Below, piece by piece: positions 1 through 12,970 of a DNA stretch of 47,351 bases. Within the stretch, counting starts at the first letter, position 1. Every line of letters begins with the position of its first letter. The notes under the pieces are model-generated. The model was not told the DNA's origin. It was given only the letters and a program-made list of their open reading frames with translations, and did not search any database. A program made the translations under genes and the position numbers. Source of the stretch: Octopus bimaculoides. Taxonomy: Eukaryota. The DNA is taken from NCBI RefSeq assembly GCF_001194135.2, contig NC_068983.1:83095941-83143291 (forward strand). The letters run 5' to 3'.

Positions 1-812
1 TATATATACACACACATACATACATATATATATACACACACATACATATATACATATATCGTATATATATATATATATTTGTATATACGTTACATGTATG
101 TTTGTATAAAAGTTGTTATGTTCTTGTTGCATTTGACAAACATTTTCAAGCCAGTATTACTCTAGTGGTAGCTCTCTCCTGGGAAATATTTTCCATCAGC
201 TGTACTCAAGACGGAAGGGAAAAAAATGTCTCAACAAGATGGTCCGGGTTTTTGTGCAATACCCTAAAAGCTCTTGGAGACCACAGTTTGGTATCATAGC
301 ATCGCAGCACAAATTGCTTTTAGCATAGGATAATCCAATGACGAAATCAAAGAATTACGCCGCGATATCACACCAAATAAACTTTGCATGAAGACAACGT
401 AAATTATATATGTATAAATGTAAGCACACCTATATCCGTATGCGCGTGTGCTCGTGTACTTGTATAATTGAGTGTGTGTGTCTGTTTGCATGCTTTCATT
501 GATTTCATGTCTTTGTATGTCTATATGCGTGTGAACATACTTTACGTAAAGTTTTGAAAATGTGTTTTAATATATACTATATTTATTTTAGTAAAATTGA
601 ATTTTGTCTGTAGTATATTGACAAATGTCAGTTTACTTACAGCAAAGCAGCATTGTAAAAGATTATCCATCTGAAAGGTGTTTACCAAAACACTACGACA
701 TGACTGCTGCCATAATGAATACATCAGCAAAGATTTCTGAAAGCCCGAACAAAAGATTTTTTGCATGCATATTAATATACACGCGCGCACGCATACGCAA
801 GTACACACACAT

Positions 813-843
<31 letters not shown>

Positions 844-2196
844 NNNNNNNNNNNNNNNNNNNNNNNNNNNNNNNNNNNNNNNNNNNNNNNNNNNNNNNNN
901 NNNNNNNNNNNNNNNNNNNNNNNNNNNNNNNNNNNNNNNNNNNNNNNNNNNNNNNNNNNNNNNNNNNNNNNNNNNNNNNNNNNNNNNNNNNNNNNNNNNN
1001 NNNNNNNNNNNNNNNNNNNNNNNNNNNNNNNNATATATATACAGCGATATACGTTAGGGGAGGAAAGTTCATAAGTTTACATCACATCTGAGTTCAATAT
1101 TTTGGAATATCTAATTAATGTATTAAGTCCATTTTTTAACCATTTGTTAACAACAGACTTTCGCTAATCCATATTGCACATATATATATATGACGCCTAC
1201 TCATTTAGGTTTGTGCATTTATATATGTATGTGTGTTTGTGTCTATGAATGTTTGTGCCCACTCTGCTACACAATATAAACAGCTACATTGACTTTTTTT
1301 GACTGATGCTACATTAATGTACACGATTGCCGTCTGAAAATCTACGTTTTGTAAAATTTGCACCGAAGCTACTGACAAACCCATGGCTACAGGAAAAGAT
1401 GCTTCTCTGATATATCGTACAGTGAGATCGAAACCACAATCACGGTATTCTGAAGCAATCATCAAAACTAGACAGCCATACGAAGAATAACAGGGAACAT
1501 ATGTAGACACTATACACAAAATACTTGCTCTTTTTCTCATGTTCATACTTTTTTCACTACAATTCAATTGCTTCTTCTTGTATACATATTTATTCTAAGT
1601 TAATTTAAAGTTAATATCTCCTTGCCCGACGAATCTATCCAGGAAAAGCAAAGTTTTGATGTAATGTTTCCATGTCCTCAAAAACAAAAAAAAAAGAAAA
1701 GGACTGGAAAACGCATATTTCAGTTTAAACAATGCTGTGTGCTCGATCGAGCGAGATAATGCATATGGAAATGTTTGCTGGTTTTTGAGACCGAGAATGA
1801 CACGAATCAAAAAAGAGAGTAGTCGTACCACATGCTTGTTTACCAGCTGTTACCCACAGTACATACGTCTAAATGACACTAGTATCAGAGAGATATTGCT
1901 ACAGACTTTTTGACACGTGGTTTTACGCTACATTTACGTAACAGCACAGACAAGCGGTGAGCGTAGTGATAATGCACAACTTGTGGTCGAGTGGAGTTTG
2001 TATATAAATAGAATTCAGATCTTAATAGACCTTAAAGTCTATACCGAAACTATACCCTATTGAGGGAATGGGGAGGGTTCGAGAAAAATGAAGTAGCAGT
2101 GATATACTGAGAAAATGTAATCGTCTAATTCTCCAACCCAAAATTTAAAGGTCTTTTGTCTATGACAGAAACCATTATCATTATTACTAAAGTGAA

Positions 2197-2410
2197 AACG
2201 GTGAGCTGATGGAATTGTTTAGTACGCCGGACGAAATGCATAGTGGCATTTCTCCCGGTTTTACGTTCAAATCCAGGCGAGGTTAACTTCACTTTTTATC
2301 CTTTCGTGGTCGATGAAATAAAATACCAACGAAGTACTGTAGTTGACGTAAATGCGTAATCCCTTCCACAAAAAATAATTTCAGGCCTTGTGCCTATATT
2401 AGAAACGATT
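2197..2410 (+). mobile_element. tRNA-derived SINE, window family B, diverged copy
   Basis: Shares CGGTGAGCTG head, B-box-like GTTCAAATCC and 3' CCTTGTGCC..TTAGAAAC tail with the reverse complement of 17701-17904. Confidence 0.75.
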
Positions 2411-2449
2411 ATTATTCTTAATGTGGTTAACTGAGAAAATCATAAGAAA

Positions 2450-2630
2450 TCGGACAAAATACTTTTTGCTTTGTAGTTATGTGTTGCGTTCAAATACCGC
2501 CGAAAAGGACTACCTTCTTTCATCTTACTAAGCATCGATTAAATAAGTACGCATCAACTCCGCAGATGGAGTTGCTCGAGTATACCTCAACCCCAAATGT
2601 CTGGCCTTATTTTCAAGTTAGAAATCATTA
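2450..2630 (+). mobile_element. Second, more decayed SINE family B copy in tandem
   Basis: GTTCAAATACCGCCGA..CTTTCATC..CGATTAAATAAGTAC..GGCCTT..TTAGAAATCATTATT parallels the 3' two-thirds of the copy at 2197-2410. Confidence 0.55.
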
Positions 2631-3067
2631 TTGTTCTTAGATTCTCTTTAATTAAAATATTAGGTGGTTAATTATACAGACAAAACCTACTTTATATACA
2701 TAAACAGATGCTTGCATACATACATACCTACATACATGCACTCATATATATGTATGCACACATAACTATATATATAAACAGGCAGACAGACTGACAGAGA
2801 GCGGTCGACCTTACAGCAACTATGCTTGATAGTATGTGTCTCAGTACATTTCATTTATGTCTGTGGCTATATATGTGATAGGTGCACGAATGTTTTTATG
2901 TGAATCTCTCTATTTGTGCGTTTGGCTATATTGCTGAGAGTTTTTATATTTTTTTCTGCAAGTGAAACATAAATATAGAATTCAATGTATCACTTTAAAC
3001 TGGAGGGCTTTCCGAATGTATGATTGAAGTAAAGCAATAAAGATCATAAGGTAATGGTAGATATCGC

Positions 3068-3117
<50 letters not shown>

Positions 3118-3178
3118 ACAGCAACACCAACAACAACATCAACAGCATTTTCCTCTTATTGTATTCCTCTGTCATTAC

Positions 3179-3213
<35 letters not shown>

Positions 3214-3214
3214 T

Positions 3215-3258
<44 letters not shown>

Positions 3259-3529
3259 TATCATCATCATAACCATCACCATCATCATGGTATTTTTAGC
3301 CGTCATGATTGCATCACTGATGTCTTCATCCTTGTCAAAATCAAACATTTTTCGTTAACGTTATCACCATAAATGTCAGCTTTATTTTGATTAGAAGTCA
3401 AAGAGGCTGAGCTTGTGCTGTTGCTTGACCTGCAAGAAATAGCAGTCTAGTTTCTCTTAAATAATCGTCTACGATATATTTTTGTCAGGAAAAAATCCTG
3501 AGAGGTTAGCCGATCATTATAGAAAGCAT

Positions 3530-3760
3530 TTCTTGTGCCCCTAGCGAGATATCAATTTCTCTTAAACAGCGTCCGACTCCTACATGAGACAAGAGCTAAT
3601 TTCCTACTTGGAACAACCTCTTTTCGATATATAAATAACCGATTAGAATTCTTATTACTTCGCCCACACATCACTAGCATTAATAACCGTTCATGGATTT
3701 ACTTTGCTCTTTGTCACCCATCCTTTCACTACCCTTGAATTATGACGCCAAGTTTACACC
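3530..3760 (-). mobile_element. Probable Penelope-like GIY-YIG endonuclease C-terminal remnant
   Basis: Minus-strand frames give ..SKSMNGY*C**CVGEVIRILIG.. and ..SCRSRTLFK, resembling the PLE C-terminal CxLCxxEKxxIL..SxCRH pattern. Contains stops and frameshifts; matched by eye. Confidence 0.45.
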
Positions 3761-5274
3761 TATAAATATTTCCCCCTCGATCATATTAAGTCTCTATCAC
3801 TCATTGTCAACGACCCAATCATTGTCACTACTTCTAACTCTTCCTTTCCCCTATATACACACTCTCTACTTTTACACACACATGCTCACACAGTCTTCCA
3901 CAAACTTACTTCCATACTTTTACACATAAACATACAAACTCTTCTACACATGTAGCTCCCCAAACTTACATAAATATACACGCATATATATAAATACCCT
4001 CAACTACCTCATCCACACTTAATTTTTACGCCATGCATCTGACCTTAGCCTTCAATCTAGCATCTCTGTTAGAAACCACTTACTGTCACCTACGTCCTTT
4101 CTACTGTCAGTTGCTATGTTGCCACTTCCGTAAACCCATACATTTTCCCCTGTCTCTGTAGGATAACAATTTGTATGTGAGTTTATAATAGTTTTCTACT
4201 GTTCTTACACCTAAACTAGATAGACACACTTAGCAAAGCTCAATATTTCTTCCTTTCTGTCACAGCTTACTGTATGGAGTCTTTATTCCTGTATGTGTTT
4301 TGCTTTTGGTCGTGCTTAACCTTCCGAATACAACACTGAAATTACTAATATTTTGACAAAAACTTCTGTCTCTTTCTTCGAATGCTATACATTATTACAT
4401 TGTCACACCTAAACACAGATCTCTCTAAACTGCTCGGCTAGCTTTAACCAACGAGGAAACATGTAAATTATCGTTCAATCAGTTGAAACTAATATCAAAA
4501 TCTCCTTCAAATCACACCCTACTTTTCTAAAAACTGTAAGATACAAAGAATGGACCAAGTGATCCTTTTTAACTACAATGTATCTGAAAAAGATAAGCTG
4601 GTTGCGTCTAGAATGCTTTTGATGAATTGTCGGCGCGGTTATATTTTATTGTTTGTCTATCCTGGGTGAATAAAGGAGTGACTCGCAATTTAGTCATACG
4701 ATCTGCTCGAAATATAAGCTAAAACTCTATCCAAATCACACCTGACTGACTTTAAAAAGCGTGTGGCATACTGGATAATGGAGTTTTATAAACATTAACT
4801 CTGTTTTAGTCTAAAGATAAGCAACACCAACAACAGTGCTACAAGAGTTATGTATAAAATGATAGCTGTCGATGAGAAAAGAGTACCACCACCAAAGCTA
4901 CATATTTTTACTTCTCACATAGGAAAGTCATGAACATCACTGCAAACATTTTCTCTACAACTTGGTGACTTGTTATAATCATGAAGTGTCAAGCAAGGGA
5001 CTCTATCTATCACGCATGTAATGGGGCAAATAAATATTCATTTTGATTTATTTAGAAATATTTATATACTTTTATGTTTCGGGTTTTCTCTTCGTACAGA
5101 CAAGCGCACACAAATATATAATTGTATATATATATATGTATGCGCTTGTGCATGCATGCGTGCGTCCATCTGTATGTATGTATGTATGTATGTATGTTGG
5201 TGTGTGTGTTCGTGCGTTTGTATGTGTGTGTATGTATACATGTGTGTACGTACGTGCGCATATGTATGCATGGT

Positions 5275-5324
<50 letters not shown>

Positions 5325-6189
5325 TGTGTGTGTGTATTATATATGGTAATGTGAGTGTGTGGAAATCTGAACGTATGATTGAAGGATATCAAATTCCCAT
5401 CTCATAATTTACGATATAAATCATTTTATATTTGATTTCTGACTTTTTGGGAATCCATGCATGTCAATTCAAATTTAAATGATCCATGATGGTAACATTA
5501 AAGTATGCATTTAACCTACTTATTTTAACCTCCCCATGTGGTAATTTGACCTCTCTATATAATTGGTACATTTATAAAATATTTACATTTACATCAGTAA
5601 CGGTAAGGAAAAATAATTTAGTTAAGCCATTAGAGCACCAATTCATTAAATATGAATCCATATATATATACTATAGAAAAATTTTAGTATTAGCCAGCAT
5701 GACGCTCTTTTCTCCATGTTGCAATTCTCCTATCTTTCAGAAATATATACATCAATGACTTTAACATGCTTATGCTGCTTGTTAGAAATAGCAGCTATAT
5801 ATACTTCCAATTACACCGTGTTGTTTCAAATTAGGAAGGCTTCATTGGTTATATAGTTATGACAATAAGAATAACACGCGATAGTTACATATATAAAGCT
5901 TGTCCTAATTAGTAAGAAAAACATTTATATGAAAGTGAATGGCATATTGATCTCTAACTGCTCCCGTAATACCAGGCCTGAAAGTGCTTAAAATATATTC
6001 AATTTTAAGTATGAATTCAAATATATTCTGACTGCTGCTTCTTGTCAGAAGAGTACCATCTTTTTATTGACCTTGCACGAGCCTGTGCACTCAGTTGGTT
6101 TTTCAGCCAAGATTTAATTCAGCAGGAACGCTCATAGATGTGACATCTATTTTCTTTTACAATAACAACGTACCGTGGTGCGTATGGCA

Positions 6190-6590
6190 GGAAAACCACC
6201 TCACAAGCAGCTCAATTTCTCCCTTGTTCATTTGGCTTTAGACGGCTGAAAAAACAAGACATTGAGAGAAGAAATCATTCACACACACTGCATCACAATT
6301 TCTGTTAAATTTCTTCAGTCCTGCATTTGAGTCTTGAAAGCAACATGCTACATTCACTTATGCTGAACGACGCCATACCAGCACTTGATGTTCTTTCTCC
6401 ATGATGTACAGCCTTTAGCCGATGTCTTCCATGTATCCAATTTGACTTCCAGAACTTTAATTTTGCACCTAAACATTTTCTAGGCTTTTGCTGAGGCCCT
6501 TTTTCTCAGGTCAACTCCTATAAAATATCTGCATTGGCTTCTTGTCGTCTCCCATCCTGCCGACATAACCGGCCCATCTTATTCAAATTT
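6190..6590 (-). mobile_element. RTE-clade LINE, 3' fragment of ORF2, pseudogenised
   Basis: Minus strand reads RWAGYVGRMGDDKKPMQIFY, then after a frameshift EVKLDTWKTSAKGCTSWRKNIKC. These match the RWAGHVxRM..PKQIFY and WExxAxDRxxWR motifs at the end of RTE ORF2. Confidence 0.75.
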
Positions 6591-7203
6591 AATTCAAATA
6601 CATACACAGATATTGTTAGACACAATACATCAAACATCTATAACGTCTCAAAAATGTTAAATATCCATCTGAAAATCAGATACAGAATATATCATTTGAT
6701 TCAAACACACAAAACTACATAAAATAGCAACAACAACAACAACAAAAAATATTAGGCACAGCTACTCACTTTATCTATAAAATATCCACTATACAACGAA
6801 GGGAGGCAATGCTAAATGTTTCATATTAATTATGATTTCTAAAAGAAGATAAACATCATATTCAACAATACCTAAGTAGAAAATATGGTGGTAACGAAAC
6901 CTTAACATGATCGACCTAACAGCTCGAAATTGCAGTCATATATTCATCAAACGGAAAGAAGAGATTTCATGTTGTAGTCATATGTATATAGCCTGGAAAT
7001 AAATAAATGAATAAGTAAATAAATATATGAACAAATAAGTAAAGAAAGAAAGAAAGAAAGAAAGAAAAGTCTTTTCATTATAAGCCGGTTCCACGAGAGC
7101 TCAATTTGCAATAACAATGGAGTGAACATGGCTTCAACTTAATCAATAACTAAAATCAATTATTTTTATTAAATACGTACATTTTATGGCCACGTGTGTG
7201 TGT

Positions 7204-7272
<69 letters not shown>

Positions 7273-8246
7273 TGTGTGTGTGTGTGTGTGCGAGTGCGCA
7301 CGCATGTGTATGTGTGTTTGTGTACACTTACGCATGTCTCTAAGAATGGACTTCTAAGTGTACACTTACGCATATTTCTAAGAATAGAGTTCCAAGTTAA
7401 TACATCAATGTGACAGCAAGTGAAAACGTAGCAAAGAAGACAAGTCATGTTATACAGACTTTGAAGTAAATACATATGTTCCATACGTTCATTATTCCTA
7501 GTCAAAGCAACCTTGTTTCTGGCAAACACAAAATATCTCGAAGCTTCTTTAGCTTCTTAATAGTAAAGTTAATACTACAGCCGTCGAATGACTTTATGCA
7601 AAGTAGATTTAGCGGATTTTTATTTTAATCACCTGTCCTATATTTACTAAATTCATTCGAAACTTGGAACTAGACTATCATATTGCGATGCGTGCTATGT
7701 CGATCCATCAAATATTGTAGAAATTAGTAGATAAGGCGGAGACGTAACAGTAATAGTCCAATAGTTCTGACTTCAAAATCCTTTTGAGACTAATCGAAAA
7801 TTTAGTAAAGTTATATATTTCGCTTGTATTCATACTCGGAGTATATATCACTTGGTTCGCGCTTGTGCATAATATTACATATAGCGTTGCAGTAAATGCG
7901 TAGCTTGAACTTTAGAATGACTTTGGTAGATATGGGAATGGTAAATTTAATCTTGAATATTCCATGTAAACCAGTGTGTACGCATTATTTGACTCCGACT
8001 TTTCTAATATTATCTATTCTTATTAGGCTACGGAAGAAAACTTGACACCCTTAGCAAGAAACATTGTTTCTTTGTGTCAGTTACAAGCACTCGAAGTAAG
8101 ATCCTTATGGATAATGAACACACACACAAGCATACACACACGCACATAAATATATAGATATAGATAGGTAGATATACACACATAATGTGTGTGCATACTT
8201 GTACATATATATACATATAAAGTGTGTGTGCATACTTGTATATATG

Positions 8247-8278
<32 letters not shown>

Positions 8279-8564
8279 NNNNNNNNNNNNNNNNNNNNNN
8301 NNNNNNNNNNNNNNNNNNNNNNNNNNNNNNNNNNNNNNNNNNNNNNNNNNNNNNNNNNNNNNNNNNNNNNNNNNNNNNNNNNNNNNNNNNNNNNNNNNNN
8401 NNNNNNNNNNNNNNNNNNNNNNNNNNNNNNNNNNNNNAATGTGCTAGAAATAGATCACATCTTGTGTCTAATAAGACCTAAATTGTTCTCAACATGAAAT
8501 ATAGCGTGATACCAAAACGTAAGCGGGCAAGACATTTAAAATCACCGAAAAAATTATTATTAAA

Positions 8565-8621
8565 CAGGGACCGGTTTCAAAATTTAACAATCTTACCGAC
8601 TGTCTATTTCTCTTCAGCCTG
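8565..8621 (-). ncRNA. Minimal type I hammerhead ribozyme with intact catalytic core
   Basis: Minus strand: CAGG-CTGAAGA-[GAAATAGACAGTC GGTAA GATTGTTAAATTTT]-GAAAC-CG-GTC-CCTG. Stem I is CAGG/CCTG, stem II a 32-nt hairpin, stem III the palindrome ACCGGT, and the cleavage triplet is GUC. All core positions are canonical. Confidence 0.8.
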
Positions 8622-9199
8622 ATTTGTAATGCAACCACAATCATCAGAACCCCATACAAAGTTGCCCACCGCCATAGGTGCGCGTGTATATGGTTCTGCT
8701 AATTACAGCTTAATGGTAAAATTCAAAAGTCTTCGTTTTGGCGCGCTAATTCCAGGAATATGTCTGTCCACGTTAGTGGTCAACGTCATATATAAATATA
8801 TATATATATATATTTAGATCAGTGTACGTATGACACGATTTATCCTTCTGTTACATAGTTCCAGCTGTTTTTGCATGTGCACACACATGCATACATATAT
8901 ATATATATGTGTATATAAATACGCACACACATATACACATGCATATACACACGTATATATGCATATATAAACTGAACTATTATAAATAAGAATGAGAGAC
9001 AAATTTACGTTGAAATATATGTTCGCCCCGTCGTACACACTCACATATACACACTAACACACACCATGAGCTGCACATACAATTACACACCCTCTTATCA
9101 CATTTATATCAAAAATCCTTAGACATTGCTACAAGAAAAGAAAAACAAATACTTGCAACAGCAAGAACTTCAAGAAGAATACTAAATATTATTTTTTTA

Positions 9200-9200
<1 letters not shown>

Positions 9201-9278
<78 letters not shown>
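9201..9278. repeat. (AAT)n microsatellite
   Basis: Pure AAT run. Confidence 0.98.
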
Positions 9279-9339
9279 TGGGCTTCGTATATTTCTACCC
9301 CAGCGTCACTTTGATGGTGTGTGCTGCTCTCACTCAATA

Positions 9340-9396
9340 CTACTACTACTACTACTATAACTACTATTAATAACAATAGTCATAATAATGATATTG

Positions 9397-9472
<76 letters not shown>

Positions 9473-9994
9473 TGATGATGATAATAATAATAGTAACAAT
9501 ACCAATAACAATCGAGTGGGAAACTGTTGTCACCTATTTTGATTCCATATCTCCGTTTGTGCTGAATCAGGAAACGAGTACGATGTACAAAAGAATTACT
9601 GATAATCACTTGAAAAGAATTCGAAAATCTCATGGATTCCTTCAAGACATAAAAGAAGCTTTCCCTTTTTACATGTTGTCAAAGTCGGTTAGGGGGGGGA
9701 TGTTTGTAGTGGGAGGGTGGCGTGAAACGTTTCGTTGGATTGCCTTGTTTTTATTTTGTTATTTGTTCTTTGCTGTTTTTTTTTTGTGCATTATTTTTCT
9801 ATATATATATATATATATATTTTGTTACGGGACTGGATTACAATAACAATATTGTCAGCATAATCACCAACATCACTATCATAAGCGTGGCCACAATGAT
9901 GATCATCATCGACATACTCAATCGTTATTATTATCATCATCATCATCATCATCATCATTATCATCATCATCGTCGTTATTATTATTATTATTAC

Positions 9995-10033
<39 letters not shown>

Positions 10034-10087
10034 TATTATTATTATTATTAATATTTTTATTATAACGAATAATGAAATAAAGTAACG

Positions 10088-10140
<53 letters not shown>

Positions 10141-10380
10141 GAAAAAAATAATACAAAATGCATTACTATTGTTGTGTTCAATCTTATTGTTGATTTTTGT
10201 AGTTGTTGCTGTCACCATCAACATTTTAACATTATAGTCATCATCATCATTATTATCATATTTATTATCTTGATTATTACTACTATTATTATTTTCATTA
10301 TTGTTGTTGTTATTATTATTATTATTGCTATTATTATTATTACTATTATTATTATTTTCATTATTACTATAATAATAATA

Positions 10381-10467
<87 letters not shown>

Positions 10468-10685
10468 GTTATTATTATTATCATCATCATCATTATTTGA
10501 ACTACAATCATGGCGATTGTAAAGAGTAGTTACAGAAATCACATTTATAAAGTAATAGGAAAAAATATGCATTGTATCCTTGCTATTGCTCTCTATTTAC
10601 CACTACTCACGCTATTATAGCCATAACTGCTATTTTTAATACAAATGCCACAAATAATAATGGCAATAAGAATGGAAATAATAAC

Positions 10686-10757
<72 letters not shown>

Positions 10758-10775
10758 GACAACAACAACAACATC
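9340..10775. repeat. Cluster of (AAT)n, (ATT)n, (ATC)n and (GAT)n tracts
   Basis: AAT at 9399-9470, ATC/ATT mosaic at 9945-10050, ATT at 10089-10139 and 10381-10470, AAT at 10688-10756. This is the source of the poly-I/N/Y/M ORFs. Confidence 0.95.
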
Positions 10776-11144
10776 AATCACAGCAACAATGTAAATTCCG
10801 TCTGTCGAGATATTTATTATTTGTTCATGTCTACACTTCATAGAAACCTGCAATCTATAAAATTAACAATGGTAGATAATCTTCCAGGAATGTATATCTA
10901 TCTATTGGTATTTAAATGTTGTCATTTGCTATTGTTACAATTGAAATTTGTTTGTAGCTAGTTCTATGCCCTCTCATTCTATCAATCTAGTTTTTGCTTC
11001 TTCTTGCTCATTGATTACTTGTATGTATGTATGTATGTATGTATGTATATATGTGTGTGTTTAAGTATATATATATATGAATATATATTTGTGCATATAT
11101 ATATAGATGAATGTACATTAATACATACTTTCATATATGTACAC

Positions 11145-11189
<45 letters not shown>

Positions 11190-11736
11190 TACATACACAC
11201 ACGCGTGTACACACACACACACATACACACACATCTCTCTCGCTTAGGTTTTGCGAGACTAATAACCTGAGGTAGAATACAATATACGTATGTTTCAGAA
11301 GGAAATGTTAGCCGAGTTTAGGGCAGTAATAAGAAAGAGGGAGGACAATGGAATAAATGATTATTTTATGAACGTCATTAGCTTACAGACGTCTTTGCTA
11401 TAGGATTGAGAGGACTCATAGTTGAGTGATTCAGGCACTGAACTACATGTCCACTGCATCATATAGCAGAAATAGCTGTTAGCTAATGCAGTTCATACTG
11501 TAATCATTTCTTCCTGTGTCATCTCTTTTTCTTATTATATATATATATGTATAAAACTGTATGTATAAGTATAAATATACATCCGTGTGTTCGTGTGTGT
11601 GCGTATGTATGTATAGTCAATTCAAATAAACGAAATAAACGGAAAAATTTTTTTTTAAGCGAACGTGAGAACGTGCACGAGAAACGTATTAGTTTGACGC
11701 TTGATTAAAGAAGAGAGTTCTACGTTTCCAGCATGA

Positions 11737-11802
<66 letters not shown>

Positions 11803-11813
11803 TNNNNNNNNNN

Positions 11814-11860
<47 letters not shown>

Positions 11861-11864
11861 TGAT

Positions 11865-12110
11865 CTAAAGGTTGGAGTATTGCATTCATGATCGCAATGT
11901 GGTTTCGATTCCCAAACAGGTATGAAATTTTGTTCTTAAGCAAATTCTCCCTCCTGTCTATTCAGCTTGAATAGACTTCGACGAACTAGCATTCCGTCCT
12001 GTGATAATGTTGACCTGACTGCCAAGCTAACGGTGTGATTCCATTCGAAAGCTAAAACAATGCGTAGCGCATTCCGACCAGTGTTGGATAGCACCATCCG
12101 ACATCAAAAC
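11865..12110 (+). mobile_element. Decayed tRNA-derived SINE-like element
   Basis: Head AGGTTGGAGTATTGCATTCATGATCGCAATGTGGTTTCGATTCCC has a B-box-like motif and resembles the head of the SINE at 44831-45209. Confidence 0.45.
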
Positions 12111-12429
12111 ATATACATACATTATTTACATTATTTACAGTTGACGGATATTTGTCCTCATCTTGTTTGTTGTTAACGTTTAGGCTATAATGTACATAAT
12201 TCCTCATCTCTTAAATATAGAACTATATACATTAATGCTTATGAAGGTGTTTATTCGAACCCATTCAATTGATATCATTTCATGAAAGTACAATATGAAA
12301 ATATGTTTTTAAGAATCTCTCCGACTATCCCTTCCTAAGGCAAATAAGTGTATATAATCATATATGTGTGTATTTTAGGAGGCATATATGATTATGTTCA
12401 CTATATACAGGAATATACGTATAAAATAT

Positions 12430-12861
12430 CACTTTAAAAAGAGTAGATAAGTGATTCGACAATTTCCCCTCTCAGTTGCACACACATCTGCGACGTTTTT
12501 CTCAGTTCTGCTAGTTGCGGGTCTCTCAGAACGTTCGTCAATATCGACATTTTTCGGGCAACTTGGAAACATCTGAACCACTCGTACACTTGTGTGCAAC
12601 TCATACACTCCTCTCCAGATAATTTCTGCAACTTCGAGTGGGTCTCTGAGCAGGTGTCGCCATGACAACTTTGTCTGACATGTTCAATGCACGCTTTCCT
12701 TCCAAGAACTACTGTAAACAGCGGAAGTGGGCTAGAACGTTAAAACTTAGTGCACGTGCACAACAGAGTTTAAGGTCAGTTCATGCTAAGCAGCTTCACC
12801 CTGCGTGCTTTAGCTTTGTTAATATGGCAACAATCTGGATACTGTTTGATCAAACCTCGTA
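12430..12861 (-). mobile_element. Mariner (Tc1/mariner) transposon, 5' fragment with left TIR
   Basis: Minus strand starts TA-CGAGGTTTGATCAAACAGTATCCAGA, a mariner-type TIR plus TA. HTH region reads MQKLSGEECMSCTQVYEWFRCF, then after a frameshift KNVDIDERSERPATSRTEKNV. No DDD domain or right TIR. Confidence 0.85.
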
Positions 12862-12888
12862 TGCATATATATTCATATACATACATAA

Positions 12889-12970
<82 letters not shown>

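Noticed and set aside
636-740. Minus-strand segment bounded by TTTCAG and GCT|GTAAGT
   Set aside because: Splice-like motifs are expected by chance in 47 kb of AT-rich DNA, and the peptide is unrecognisable.
1205-1567. 120-aa minus-strand ORF (..EYRDCGFDLTVRYIREASFPVAMG..KKSQCSCLYC), the most protein-like non-repeat ORF
   Set aside because: No recognisable domain and only a weak GTGGGC donor. An exon cannot be excluded; RNA-seq or BLASTx would decide.
3430-3495. Minus-strand CTGACAA..hairpin..GAAACTAGAC downstream of the PLE remnant
   Set aside because: G8 and U16.1 are absent and stem I does not pair. Too decayed to call a hammerhead.
9513-9712. Stop-free stretch EWETVVTYFDSISPF..DIKEAFPFYML
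   Set aside because: No flanking splice sites or motif; it is embedded between microsatellites.
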